Below, piece after piece: positions 26,753 through 35,630 of a stretch of DNA of 64,000 nt. A program made the translations under genes and the position numbers. The DNA comes from Rhizaria sp. SCN 62-66 (lineage: Eukaryota). Under the pieces are notes generated by a model that was given only the letters and a program-made list of their open reading frames with translations, was not told the origin of the DNA and ran no database searches. Where the stretch lies: NCBI GenBank assembly GCA_001724265.1, contig MEDY01000054.1, positions 124,001 through 188,000 of the forward strand, given 5' to 3'. Position 1 is the first letter of the stretch; each line of letters starts with the position of its first letter.

Positions 26753-29193
26753 GGGAGGGTGAGACGCTGAGCGACTTGCAGCGTTTCGCGCTCACGACTG
26801 TGGCCAGCGTCGCGTTCCTCGACTTGCCCCTGCTGCTGACTCGCGTGCTCGCCGCGCTGGCGCACAAGCTCCCGGCGGCCGCCTTTGTGGGCGCCATTGC
26901 GCCGACGCCGAACCTCACCGGTATCGACGCGCCTGTCGAGATCGCGGCCTCCTCCGCTGCGACGGCCGCGGGCGCAGCGCGCTGGCTGGCGCCTGTCCTT
27001 GAGTCCGCGCTCGTTGCCGCGCACGCGCACTCCGCGCGCGCAGGGCTCCGCCGCCGTCGCGCCGCAGCCGCGTTTGTAGCTGCGTTCGGGACCGTGCAGG
27101 GCGTGGCCGACACTGACGCAGCGTTCTCCGCGCTGGGCGTGCCGCGCGCGCCCGCCGACGCCGCCGCGAGCACGCTGGCGCTGCCGCCGACTCTGGCGCA
27201 CGTGTCCGCCGCGCACGGCGCCGCGCCCGCGCCCGACTGTCTGCTCACGCTGTTGCCGCTGGGCGTCGTGGCCGCGCTCGCGCCGTTCGGCCTGGTCGTC
27301 GCGCACAGCGGCTCCACTCAGCAGCATCAACACGCGCACGCAGCGCACGGCGCCAGACCCGCCGCCGCCGCCGCCGCCGCGAGGTCTGTGAGCGTGCGGC
27401 CCTTCACGGCGCTGCTGGGTGACGAGGCCGGCGCGCAGCGGCTGCCGCTGCTGCAGGCTGCGCTCGCCGCGCTCGCCGGCGCCGCGGGCCAGGCCGCCGC
27501 CGTGGGCGCCACGGACGCCATTGTGGCCGGCGCCGCGCTGGACAACGCCACCGACGCGGCCGCCTTGCGCCTGGCCGCGGCCGCCGGCCGCCGCGGCGGC
27601 GCTGACGCGGAGGCCGCCGACGACGCCGTGGTCATAGCCGCCGCGGGCGCCGTGCGCGCCGTGAGCGTGGACGCGCTGGCCGCGGCGTCCGGCCTGCGCA
27701 CTGCTGACGTCGGCTTCACTCTGCTCGAGGCCGCGCTGGCGCCCGTGCACGCCGCCATCGGGCGCGCCGCGCTCGCGCTGCCGCTGTGCACGGACCCCGC
27801 CGTGGCGGCGCTGGGGCAGCTGCAGAAGCAGCAGCAGCAGCAGCAGCAGCAGCCCGTGGTGGGCGGCGGCGTGCCCGTTATCGCGGAGCTGCCCGTGTGG
27901 CCGCAGCGCGCGGGCGCGGGCAGCGTCGCCGTGCTCTGGCCGCCGCAGCCGCCCACGGCGAGCGCGGGCCGCGAGCTGCTCTGCCTGTTCTCCGGCGGCG
28001 CGCCCGTGCTGCCAACCGCCGCGCTCGCGACGACGCACGATCCCGCCGTCGCCGCACTCGCCGTGCCCACGCAGATCCGTCGGGTCGCTGCGGGCGCCGC
28101 CGCCGCCGCCGCCATCGCGCTCGCGGCCGCTGCGACGCCCGCGGACGGGTCGGCTCTGGTGGCGCTGGCGATGGCGTGGCACGATGTCCTGGCCGTCGCC
28201 GCGGCGTTCGCGACCTTCTCAGCCGTCATCTCGCTCGCCGCGCCGCCCGCGGACGCCCGCGCCGCCGCGCCTAACGCGCGCACGCCGCTACTGCCCCATG
28301 TCGCGCTTGCGCGCGTGGCGACGGCGTCCGCGGGCGCGGTGGCTGCGGCTGCGGCGCCGCTGCTGCGCGAGATGCGGCGGCTGCACGATGCGCGCGCGGA
28401 GGGCTCGCTCTTCTCGCTGATTCGCCGCGGCCTGGGGCTGGCCGAGCCGGTGTATCCGCAGCAGCTGCGCTTTGTCGCCGGCGCCGCCATCACGGCCGAG
28501 GCCGCGGTCTCCGCCGCGGAGGCCGCCGCGAGCACGCTCGTGCGCCTCGGCTTGGGCGGCGCCGCGCTCGCCGCCGCCGCACCCGCGCTCTGGGAGCTCC
28601 CGGGCGTCGCACCCGTCGCGGACCTTTCTGTGGCGGCCGCCGAGTCTGGCGCGGGCGGGTCGCCGTACACAGGCCGCGGCCGGAGCGCTCCTCCCGCGGC
28701 GCCGCCGCGGCTCGACTTTAGGATGGAGAAGTACCAGAACGGCGAGAAGCTCGGCCGCGCCTGGCACAGCTCTTACGGCAGCGCGATCGTTGCTTTCGGG
28801 CCTTGGGCGCTCGACGCCGCGGCCGCCACGCGCGCCGCCGCGGTGATCGCGCTGGCGGGTCCGGCGCTCGCGCGCGCGTCGCTGCGGCTGTCGCACCGGG
28901 CCCCCGCCGGCGCCGCCCCGGTCGCCGCGGCGGGCGCGGCGCGGCGCGGACAGTACGGCTCTATCGCCGAGTCCGCGGCCGCCGCGTCGCTGTCGGCGGC
29001 CGACTACGCCAACTACAGCGCCGTCGGCGGCAACGCGGCCGACCCGGGCCGCCGCGGCGCGGTGCTGGTGCCCGCGCTCAGCGGCGCGCCGGTCGAGACC
29101 GAGATGGCCGCCGCCGCGCTCGCGCTCGCGCGCGCAGCCGTCGCCGAGGCCATCGCGGGGCTCGCCACGGCGCTGCCGCGCGGATGGGTCTAA
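3955..29193 (+). CDS. EPG5: Giant EPG5-like autophagy tethering protein; one reading frame of 8,413 codons with a single in-frame TAG at 12289-12291
   Basis: ORFs 3955-12291 and 12337-29193 are in the same frame and separated only by TAG (...SEA*HSASLYLAALPP...). EPG5-like blocks appear in order: LLLRCGGLRDHRFVLAAALRRGAGAGEW, SESELCALLACVPV, LCGSLPSLISLLL, LFEALPYERWRPCLTDLRVLEALLL. After the TAG come weaker matches (AAWALLWA, FPWLAYVML, LPLALQLVLTAP). Ends in TAA at the GC-to-AT boundary. Confidence 0.7.
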
Positions 29194-29691
29194 GAAAACG
29201 CATGCAGACGCGTTCTCATGCAATCATGTATTATTTTAACAGAACAGAAAGGACATCTAAATTATTAGCGTGTGTATTCCTCGCGATAGAACTGTGAGTT
29301 CAAAGTGTGCGTTGTGTATTGAGGTCGTTTGACATGCAGCAACAGTACGCGTCCGCATGTACGGAGCCCCGACGCAGAACGTTGAGGCTGGCCAGGGATC
29401 GTCTCTGGCAACCCAATTGCACCAGCAAACAAGACCAAACTGAAACAGAGAAATAGCCAAAACCAAAAAGAAAAAAATGAATATGTAAAGGAGTGTGTAG
29501 AATATGTAACGACAGCTAAAACCTGCTCAAAGAAATAACAATGTTATTCTTAAAAGATTTTTACGACCAACAATGCAAGTACGGAAATGTTTTTGTCACC
29601 AAATAAACATGATTTAAATATCAACAATCAAGAACAGAGAACAGACATGGTACGATACCATCTTGCGTGTTCAGTGTTCAGTGAGCAGCGC

Positions 29692-31971
29692 TCAACGCAC
29701 GGACGCGGCCGCTGGCTGCACCGGTGGGGAGCCCGCGGACGCGACCGGCGCCCCGGGGGTGGCGCTCGGATCCGGAGAGGCGACCGTCGCATGCGCACCA
29801 GACGCACCAGACGCAGCAGCTGCCGCAGCAACAGCAGCAGCAGCAGCAGGCGTACTAGTCGCCTTGCCGGGAGCGGTGGCAGTGGCAGCGGAGCTCGGCT
29901 TGGCAGCCTCTGCCTCATTGCTCCCCGCACCGGCGGCACCAGCAGCACCAGCAACGCTCGCACTCGCGCTGCCGCCTGTCTTGGCGCTGCCGCCTGTCTT
30001 GGCGCTGCCGCCTGTCTTGGCGCTGGCGCCTGTCTTGGCGCTGGCGCCGACGTTGAGCGACAGCCCCGCGATCGGCACCGCATCTGCGCCCGCGCTCACG
30101 CTCGCAGCCTGCGCCGTCGGTTGCGCGCTACCCTGCGCCTGCGCCTGGGTCTGCGCAGCGGTGGCGGCGGCGGCGGCCTGACTGGCGGCCTGACTGGCGG
30201 CCAGACTGGCGGCCTGGCCCGGGGAGACCAGCGTCACGGGAATGACCACGCCCGCGACGGCCCAGGTCCACGAGTGGTCGCCGTCCTCCTCAGGCTCCTC
30301 CGCCTTGCCGCCGCGCCGCCCCCAGCCCAGTCCCAGCCCCCACCCGCCGCCGCCGGCCGCCTTGGCCTTACCCCCCGCAGCGGCGGCCGCAGCGGCCTCG
30401 GCGGCGGCGGCGGCGGCGTCCGCGGCGGCCTTGGCGGGAGTCCGCAGCCGCACGCAGCCGGGTGCGCCGTGGGTCCCTGCCTTGCAGCAGTCCCAGGCGC
30501 CCGAGCCCAGCGCGGCGGCGTCGGCGTCGGGGATCCACTTGAGCTGCCCCGCCGCGTCGGCCAGCCGCTTCGCCTTCTCGCTGCGCAGGTTCGCCTTGAG
30601 CTCGGCGGGCAGGTTCGCGAACTCCTTGCCGTTAGCGTCGAGCACCCACGCGCCCCGGTGCCGTTGGCACTGCAGCGGCGCGCCGGAGGCCGACGCGGCG
30701 GCGCTCGCGGCGGCAGGCGCCGTTGCAGTCGCCGCAGTCGCCGTCGCCGTCGCTGGCGCTGGCGCTGGCGCCGCGGTCGCCGCACCAACCGCGGGCGGCG
30801 GCAGAGCGGGCGTGACCGGCAGCGCCGCGTCAACCGTGATCACAGCCTCCGGACAGGTGCTGTTGCTGTTGCTGTTGAAGCTGTTGTTCATGGCGTCGAC
30901 GGCGGCGGCGACCTCGGCGGCAAGCGCGGGCGGCAGCGCGGCGGCCACGGCGGTGGCGTCAAGCCTCAGCGCGCCCGAGGCGAGCGCGCGGTGCAGCGGC
31001 CACGTCGCGGCGCAGGTGGCGCACCGCAGCGGCGGCGCCACGGCCCGCAGAAGCGCCAGCTCCGCCACCGCGGCCGCGCCCAGCGGCGCGCTCCCGCTCG
31101 CAGTGCCGGCTGCAGTCGCCACGGTGGCTGCGGGGGCCTGCACCGCTGCTGGGGAGGGCTGGGACGTGTTGGAGTGGCCGGCAGCGGCGGCAGCGGCGGC
31201 CGCTGCGACCGCGGCGGCGGCGGCGGCGACGTCCCCCGGCGGCGGCAGCCCCTCGAGCGCGCGCGCGAGGAGGTAAAACACGCCGCGGTAGAACGAGTCG
31301 TGCGCCTCCGTCAACGCGCGTGCAGCGGCCGCTGGCACGGCGGCGTTCGCGGCGGCGGCCGCCGCAGAAGCAGTCGCGGCGGTGGCAGCCGTCGCCTTGG
31401 CGGCAGCGGCAGCGGCAGCATTGGTTGGCGCGGCGGCGTCCGTCGCGCCATTCTTAACCGTCTTCAACGCCGCGTTCGCGGCGGCAGCAGCGGTCGCGGC
31501 GGTCGCGGCCGTGGCGGCGGCGGCGGCGGCAGCAGCCTTGGCCTCCGCCTCTGCCTCGGCCGCCTTGCTGGCGGCGGCGGCGCGAGCCCAACGAGCAATG
31601 TGCGGGCACAGGCGCTCAACCAGCGCGACGTGGTCCGCGTGCGCGCCGTGGGGACGGAAGTCTAGCCGCGCGGCGTCGGGCGCGGTGGCCGCCACGAGCA
31701 CCTCGGACGGGGACAGCGCAGTCAGCACTGCGCGCCACACCAGCAGCGTGTAGTACAGGTGCTGCTGCTGCTGCTGCTGCTGGGACTGGGACTGCGCCGC
31801 GCCGCCGGCAACGCCGCTGCTGTCCGTCGAGAGCGGGCCCGGCACCAGCGACAGCGGCGACTGCTGCTGTGAAGCGCCTGACAAGCCTGTGGAGGCGGCG
31901 GCAGAGGCGGCGGAAGGGGCGACGGGGGACGCGGGCGGGGAGCCCACCTCGGCGCTCACCTGCTGGCCCAT
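29692..31971 (-). CDS. Hypothetical Ala-rich protein (759 aa) with a putative N-myristoylation signal and a Btk/CHORD-like Cys/His motif
   Basis: ATG at 31971 gives MGQQVS (MGxxxS). Contains CQRHRGAW...WDCCKAGTHGAPGC and C-terminal SAKTG(G/A) repeats. Ends in TGA. Confidence 0.75.
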   Translation of the reverse strand: MGQQVSAEVGSPPASPVAPSAASAAASTGLSGASQQQSPLSLVPGPLSTDSSGVAGGAAQSQSQQQQQQQHLYYTLLVWRAVLTALSPSEVLVAATAPDAARLDFRPHGAHADHVALVERLCPHIARWARAAAASKAAEAEAEAKAAAAAAAATAATAATAAAAANAALKTVKNGATDAAAPTNAAAAAAAKATAATAATASAAAAAANAAVPAAAARALTEAHDSFYRGVFYLLARALEGLPPPGDVAAAAAAVAAAAAAAAAGHSNTSQPSPAAVQAPAATVATAAGTASGSAPLGAAAVAELALLRAVAPPLRCATCAATWPLHRALASGALRLDATAVAAALPPALAAEVAAAVDAMNNSFNSNSNSTCPEAVITVDAALPVTPALPPPAVGAATAAPAPAPATATATAATATAPAAASAAASASGAPLQCQRHRGAWVLDANGKEFANLPAELKANLRSEKAKRLADAAGQLKWIPDADAAALGSGAWDCCKAGTHGAPGCVRLRTPAKAAADAAAAAAEAAAAAAAGGKAKAAGGGGWGLGLGWGRRGGKAEEPEEDGDHSWTWAVAGVVIPVTLVSPGQAASLAASQAASQAAAAATAAQTQAQAQGSAQPTAQAASVSAGADAVPIAGLSLNVGASAKTGASAKTGGSAKTGGSAKTGGSASASVAGAAGAAGAGSNEAEAAKPSSAATATAPGKATSTPAAAAAVAAAAAASGASGAHATVASPDPSATPGAPVASAGSPPVQPAAASVR
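29966..30048. repeat. 18-bp coding tandem repeat, about 4.6 copies (SAKTGG/SAKTGA on the minus strand)
   Basis: Unit gcgctg(c/g)cgcctgtcttg repeated head to tail. Confidence 0.9.
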
Positions 31972-32327
31972 AACAATATCGCGGTGGAAAACCGGCGCGC
32001 GGGAACTAAAGAGCGCGGTGCTCGGGGTGACTAGTGGAGGAGTGAAAAGACTGTGGCACAGATAGAAGTAAAGTGGGTATGGTCGAGGTGATGTGAGCAA
32101 GGAGTCGGCACACGGGAAGCAGCGCACAGACGCTTGTAGAGAAGATATTGCAAAATATATCTCAAAAACATATATTTATCTCTCGCTTCTTTCACATAAT
32201 TTGACTGCAGAGCAAATGACGGCCCTCTCAAAGACATCTCGCCTCTGAACGATTGTGCTGATTCATCCTCATCGTTCGATCGAATCGATCGTCGTGGGCG
32301 ACCCACGGTTCGCAAAAAGTCGTATTC

Positions 32328-32340
32328 TTTTTTTTGTGGT
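32328..32340 (+). promoter_or_regulatory. Recurrent upstream element TTTTTTTTGTGGT (copy upstream of RPB8)
   Basis: The identical 13-mer also occurs at 48253-48265 and 58122-58134 on the minus strand, each in a divergent intergenic spacer. Confidence 0.5.
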
Positions 32341-32572
32341 GCTGAACTGTTGCGAGCCGCAAAAATGGGTGTCGCTCATATACGATCCATACAATTGCGT
32401 CCACAACGTGTGCTCTTTATTGTCTGTATGGTTTTGTTGTGTATATTTTAATAGTTAGTCTTCCGGTGCTGCTTGCGTGGCGCTGTGAAGGCCGCCGCGC
32501 TGAACGGCTTGCCGCTCTCGCTCTCGGAACCAACTCTCACCGCCGCTCTCTCCCTTCTTTCCCTGTGCTCAG

Positions 32573-33221
32573 ATGGCGACTCCTCTTCTCCAGGATACGT
32601 TCCAGATTCACGGCATCGACAAGGATGGCAAGAGCTTTGCTCGTGGTACGTCCATCTTCCTCCCCTGATGCTCTCTTCTTGATCTCGTTCGAAGCCGGCT
32701 TCCGCCCTACCGAGCTTTTCTCTTCTCTCCTGTCTGCTCTGCAAGCCTGCTGTTGTTGACCCAGCGCTTACTATTGCCTTCTATCTTTCATTCTCTCTCT
32801 TATGTTTGCTTTTGTCCCGCTTGTGCGCTTGCCTCTTCTGTCTGCAGTGTCGCGCATGGTGTGCCGTGGTGAGAACTTCGACACACAGATGGTGTGCGAC
32901 TACAACTGCGAGATCTACCCGCTCAAGGAAGAGGGCCGGCTCGAGGTGCTCATGACGTCCTCGCTCGCCGACGACGGCCGCGTCGACAGCGAGTACAACC
33001 CGCAGCTGCAGTCGAAGCTGCTGGACGACTACGAGTACGTGATGCACGGCAAGGTCTTTAAGGTCAAGCACCCCGAGAAGGCCAATGCCGACCTCGAGGT
33101 CTTCATCTCCTATGGCGGGCTCCTCATGTCGCTTAAGGGCAAGCCGCAGACGCTGGACCGCATCGAGCTTGACTCCAAGGTCTACCTTCTCATGCGCCGT
33201 GTCAAGGACGCCGCCTTCTGA
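32573..33221 (+). CDS. RPB8: RNA polymerases I/II/III shared subunit RPABC3/RPB8 (2 exons, 148 aa)
   Basis: Exons 32573-32645 and 32848-33221, intron GTACGT..CAG. Motifs: IDKDGKSFARVSR, DYNCEIYPL, LLDDYEYVMHGKVFK, ISYGGLLMSLKG, VYLLMRR. Ends in TGA. Confidence 0.97.
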
Positions 33222-34078
33222 GCCACTCAACCTCCCCGTCGGCTGTGACGTGAATGCGAGTGTGTCTCTCAACCAGCAGGCGCGTTGAGCGATTGCGAGC
33301 TGTGTGACAGGAGGACTCGCGCGTGTATGGCGGCGCGATGTGATAGCAACCAGCTGGAGCCGCTGTCGGCTGATGAGATGCTGTGGACTGAGCTGCCGAC
33401 ACTTGATTGACAGTCAGGTTGGACAATCATGACACAGGGCGCCGTGCGCCGTGCTCGATGCGATGGCACCGGCTGGCGTGCGATCTCGGGTCACGGGCCG
33501 GGCCCGCGCAGCCCTCCCAGTGAGCCAGTCAGCCAGCCAGTCAGCCAACCACCTAGCCTCAGTCAAGCGAGTCAGCCTCATGCTCTCGCTGTCGCCGTCT
33601 CGCTGTCCTGTCTCAACACTCGCGCCTGTGTACCTACTACTACAAAAACGCAACAAACGATATTATTATTAAGAATAAAACAATATTCACTCTCTCAAGT
33701 ATAAACAGTGCACTCTGACATCCTGCTCAAACTAGTGTTGTTTATTCTCTTAAGCTTTTTTTAGCTATAAGCTTAGGATGAATGGGTGGATCACAACCTA
33801 TCGATCACGACTGCAAGTAAAACACAGCACTGATGTGGGTACAAGTATCAGCTGGCTCACAGTAACAAAACGACCCATTCACTCGCTCACTCAATCATTC
33901 AGGCTCACGTACCATGCCCATATTAAGCTGATCTCTCTCACGTATGCAGATACAGACGCACACCAGTCTCGGCTCACATCACATGTGACTCGACTCAGCC
34001 TCAGACTCAACTCGGCTCGGACAACTCGCTTGGTCGCAGTCACATTTGCCTCTGAATTTGCCTCGACGCTCGGGCCAC

Positions 34079-34819
34079 TCAGACGCGCGCGCTCTCAGGG
34101 ACGGAATCGAGCAGCTCGCCCGCCGCGGCGAGCTCCTTGACGACGTCAAGCCCGCCCAGCAGCTCGCCCTCGGCGTAGAGCTGCGGGTACGTCGGCCAGT
34201 TGGACAGCTTCTTGAGCCCCTCGCGCACGCGCTGGTCGCTCAGGATGTCGAAAGAGCCGAACTTGACGCCCGCGCCGTTGAGCAGCTCGACGATCTGGCG
34301 CGAGAAGCCGCAGCGCGGGGCCTCGGGCGCGCCCTTCATGAACAGCATCACGGGCGCCTGCGTCGTCAGCGCACGCAGGGCCGCCTCGGACAGCTCGGCG
34401 GGCTCCGCAGCGGCAGCAGCAGCAGCAGCAGCAGGGGCGGCAGCGCCAGCGGTCGCGGTGACGGCGGCAGCGGGGGTGGCGGCGGCCGTGGCGGCGGCGG
34501 CGGCGACCATGGCGACCGTCTCGGCGGGGTTGAAGCCGGCGACGCAGCCGAGCATCTTGCCGTGCGCGAAGGCCGTGACGGATGGCATCGCGGTAAGGCC
34601 GACGGCGCCGCATACCTCGGCCGCGCCGGCCACGTCAGCGTCGACCGCGTAGAAGCGCGCCGAGGGGAAGTCGGGAGCCAGCTCGGCGAGCACTTCCTTG
34701 ATCGCGACAGAGGGTTCGTTCCACGACGTCCAGTTGAAGAAGACGCACAGAGTGGACGGGTTGGCCTTGATGAAGGCCTGGATCTCGGGCAGAGAGTTGC
34801 CGGGAACGATGTTGCTCAT
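34079..34819 (-). CDS. Multidomain monothiol glutaredoxin (Trx-like + CGFS Grx; GRX3/4/PICOT type), 246 aa
   Basis: N-terminal Trx-like domain ([10 protein letters not shown]...YAVDAD...MPSVTAF), an Ala linker, then [47 protein letters not shown] and GGLD. Ends in TGA. Confidence 0.93.
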   Translation of the reverse strand: MSNIVPGNSLPEIQAFIKANPSTLCVFFNWTSWNEPSVAIKEVLAELAPDFPSARFYAVDADVAGAAEVCGAVGLTAMPSVTAFAHGKMLGCVAGFNPAETVAMVAAAAATAAATPAAAVTATAGAAAPAAAAAAAAAEPAELSEAALRALTTQAPVMLFMKGAPEAPRCGFSRQIVELLNGAGVKFGSFDILSDQRVREGLKKLSNWPTYPQLYAEGELLGGLDVVKELAAAGELLDSVPESARV

Positions 34820-35630
34820 GGCCAAACGAGGGGGTGCTGTAGAGCAACAAAAAAGGGGATATACAGTGTCAAATATAAGGAGAATTAGAAAAGAATAGTA
34901 TATACTCTCATTAAAACAGCTGTAGTCGTGGTAACGGTCAACGTAATGCATGATAGTCTCTTCCATCCAAAGCCCGAGAGAAGGCGTGCTCGACACCTAG
35001 GAGTACAGATGAAGCAAGTCAGATGATGCAAGTCTTGTTTTCTAACCATGTGGTCCAACCCGGATCATTGGCGGCTAGTCGCTCTGACGACGTGTCGCCG
35101 CCAATCCTGCATTGATAGTCTTTCGAGTTCTGTTTTGGAATGTTCATGTACTTTTCTGTGTTATTCATTGACTAAGGTTTCGATGCTGAGTGTATCTCTC
35201 GATATCTGCGACTTCCGAACTCGGTACTCCTTGCTCACCCGGTCCCTGTCTTGGTGACACGATCCCCCTTTTATGTTGTCTTGCCCCCACGCTCGCCTCT
35301 ATAGCACCACCCTACCTCGTTTTACCACAACGCGCGTGTGTTCACAGCAGCTCGCCGTGCGTTTTACGCTTCAACGTGTTTTCCTCCTTCCCCAGCCCCT
35401 TGTGCAAAGCTCCCCACAGACCCCTCCTGATCTTAGGATCCCGTCACACACGCTCTCGCTCCCTCGCGCGTCTGCACAGACCGCGCGCGCTCTCTGTTTT
35501 GCTCCAGAGCGTAGAGTCAGCGTCTAGCACTTGCGCCGCCGACCCACAGCAACCTCCAGAATTCGCAGTAAAACACAGCGCAAGGCACGCTCAACTGTAA
35601 CGCGCCCTCGTAAGCCGACCGCAACACAGC

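Noticed and set aside
12337-29193. The 5,618-aa ORF as an independent gene
   Set aside because: It starts at a GTG only 45 nt after the upstream ORF, in the same frame, with no AT-rich promoter or terminator spacer, unlike every other gene boundary here.
33230-34075. Small ORFs and CAGCC/CTCAG-type simple repeats between RPB8 and the glutaredoxin
   Set aside because: Best explained as convergent 3'UTRs with degenerate microsatellites; I see no coding signature or recognisable RNA family.
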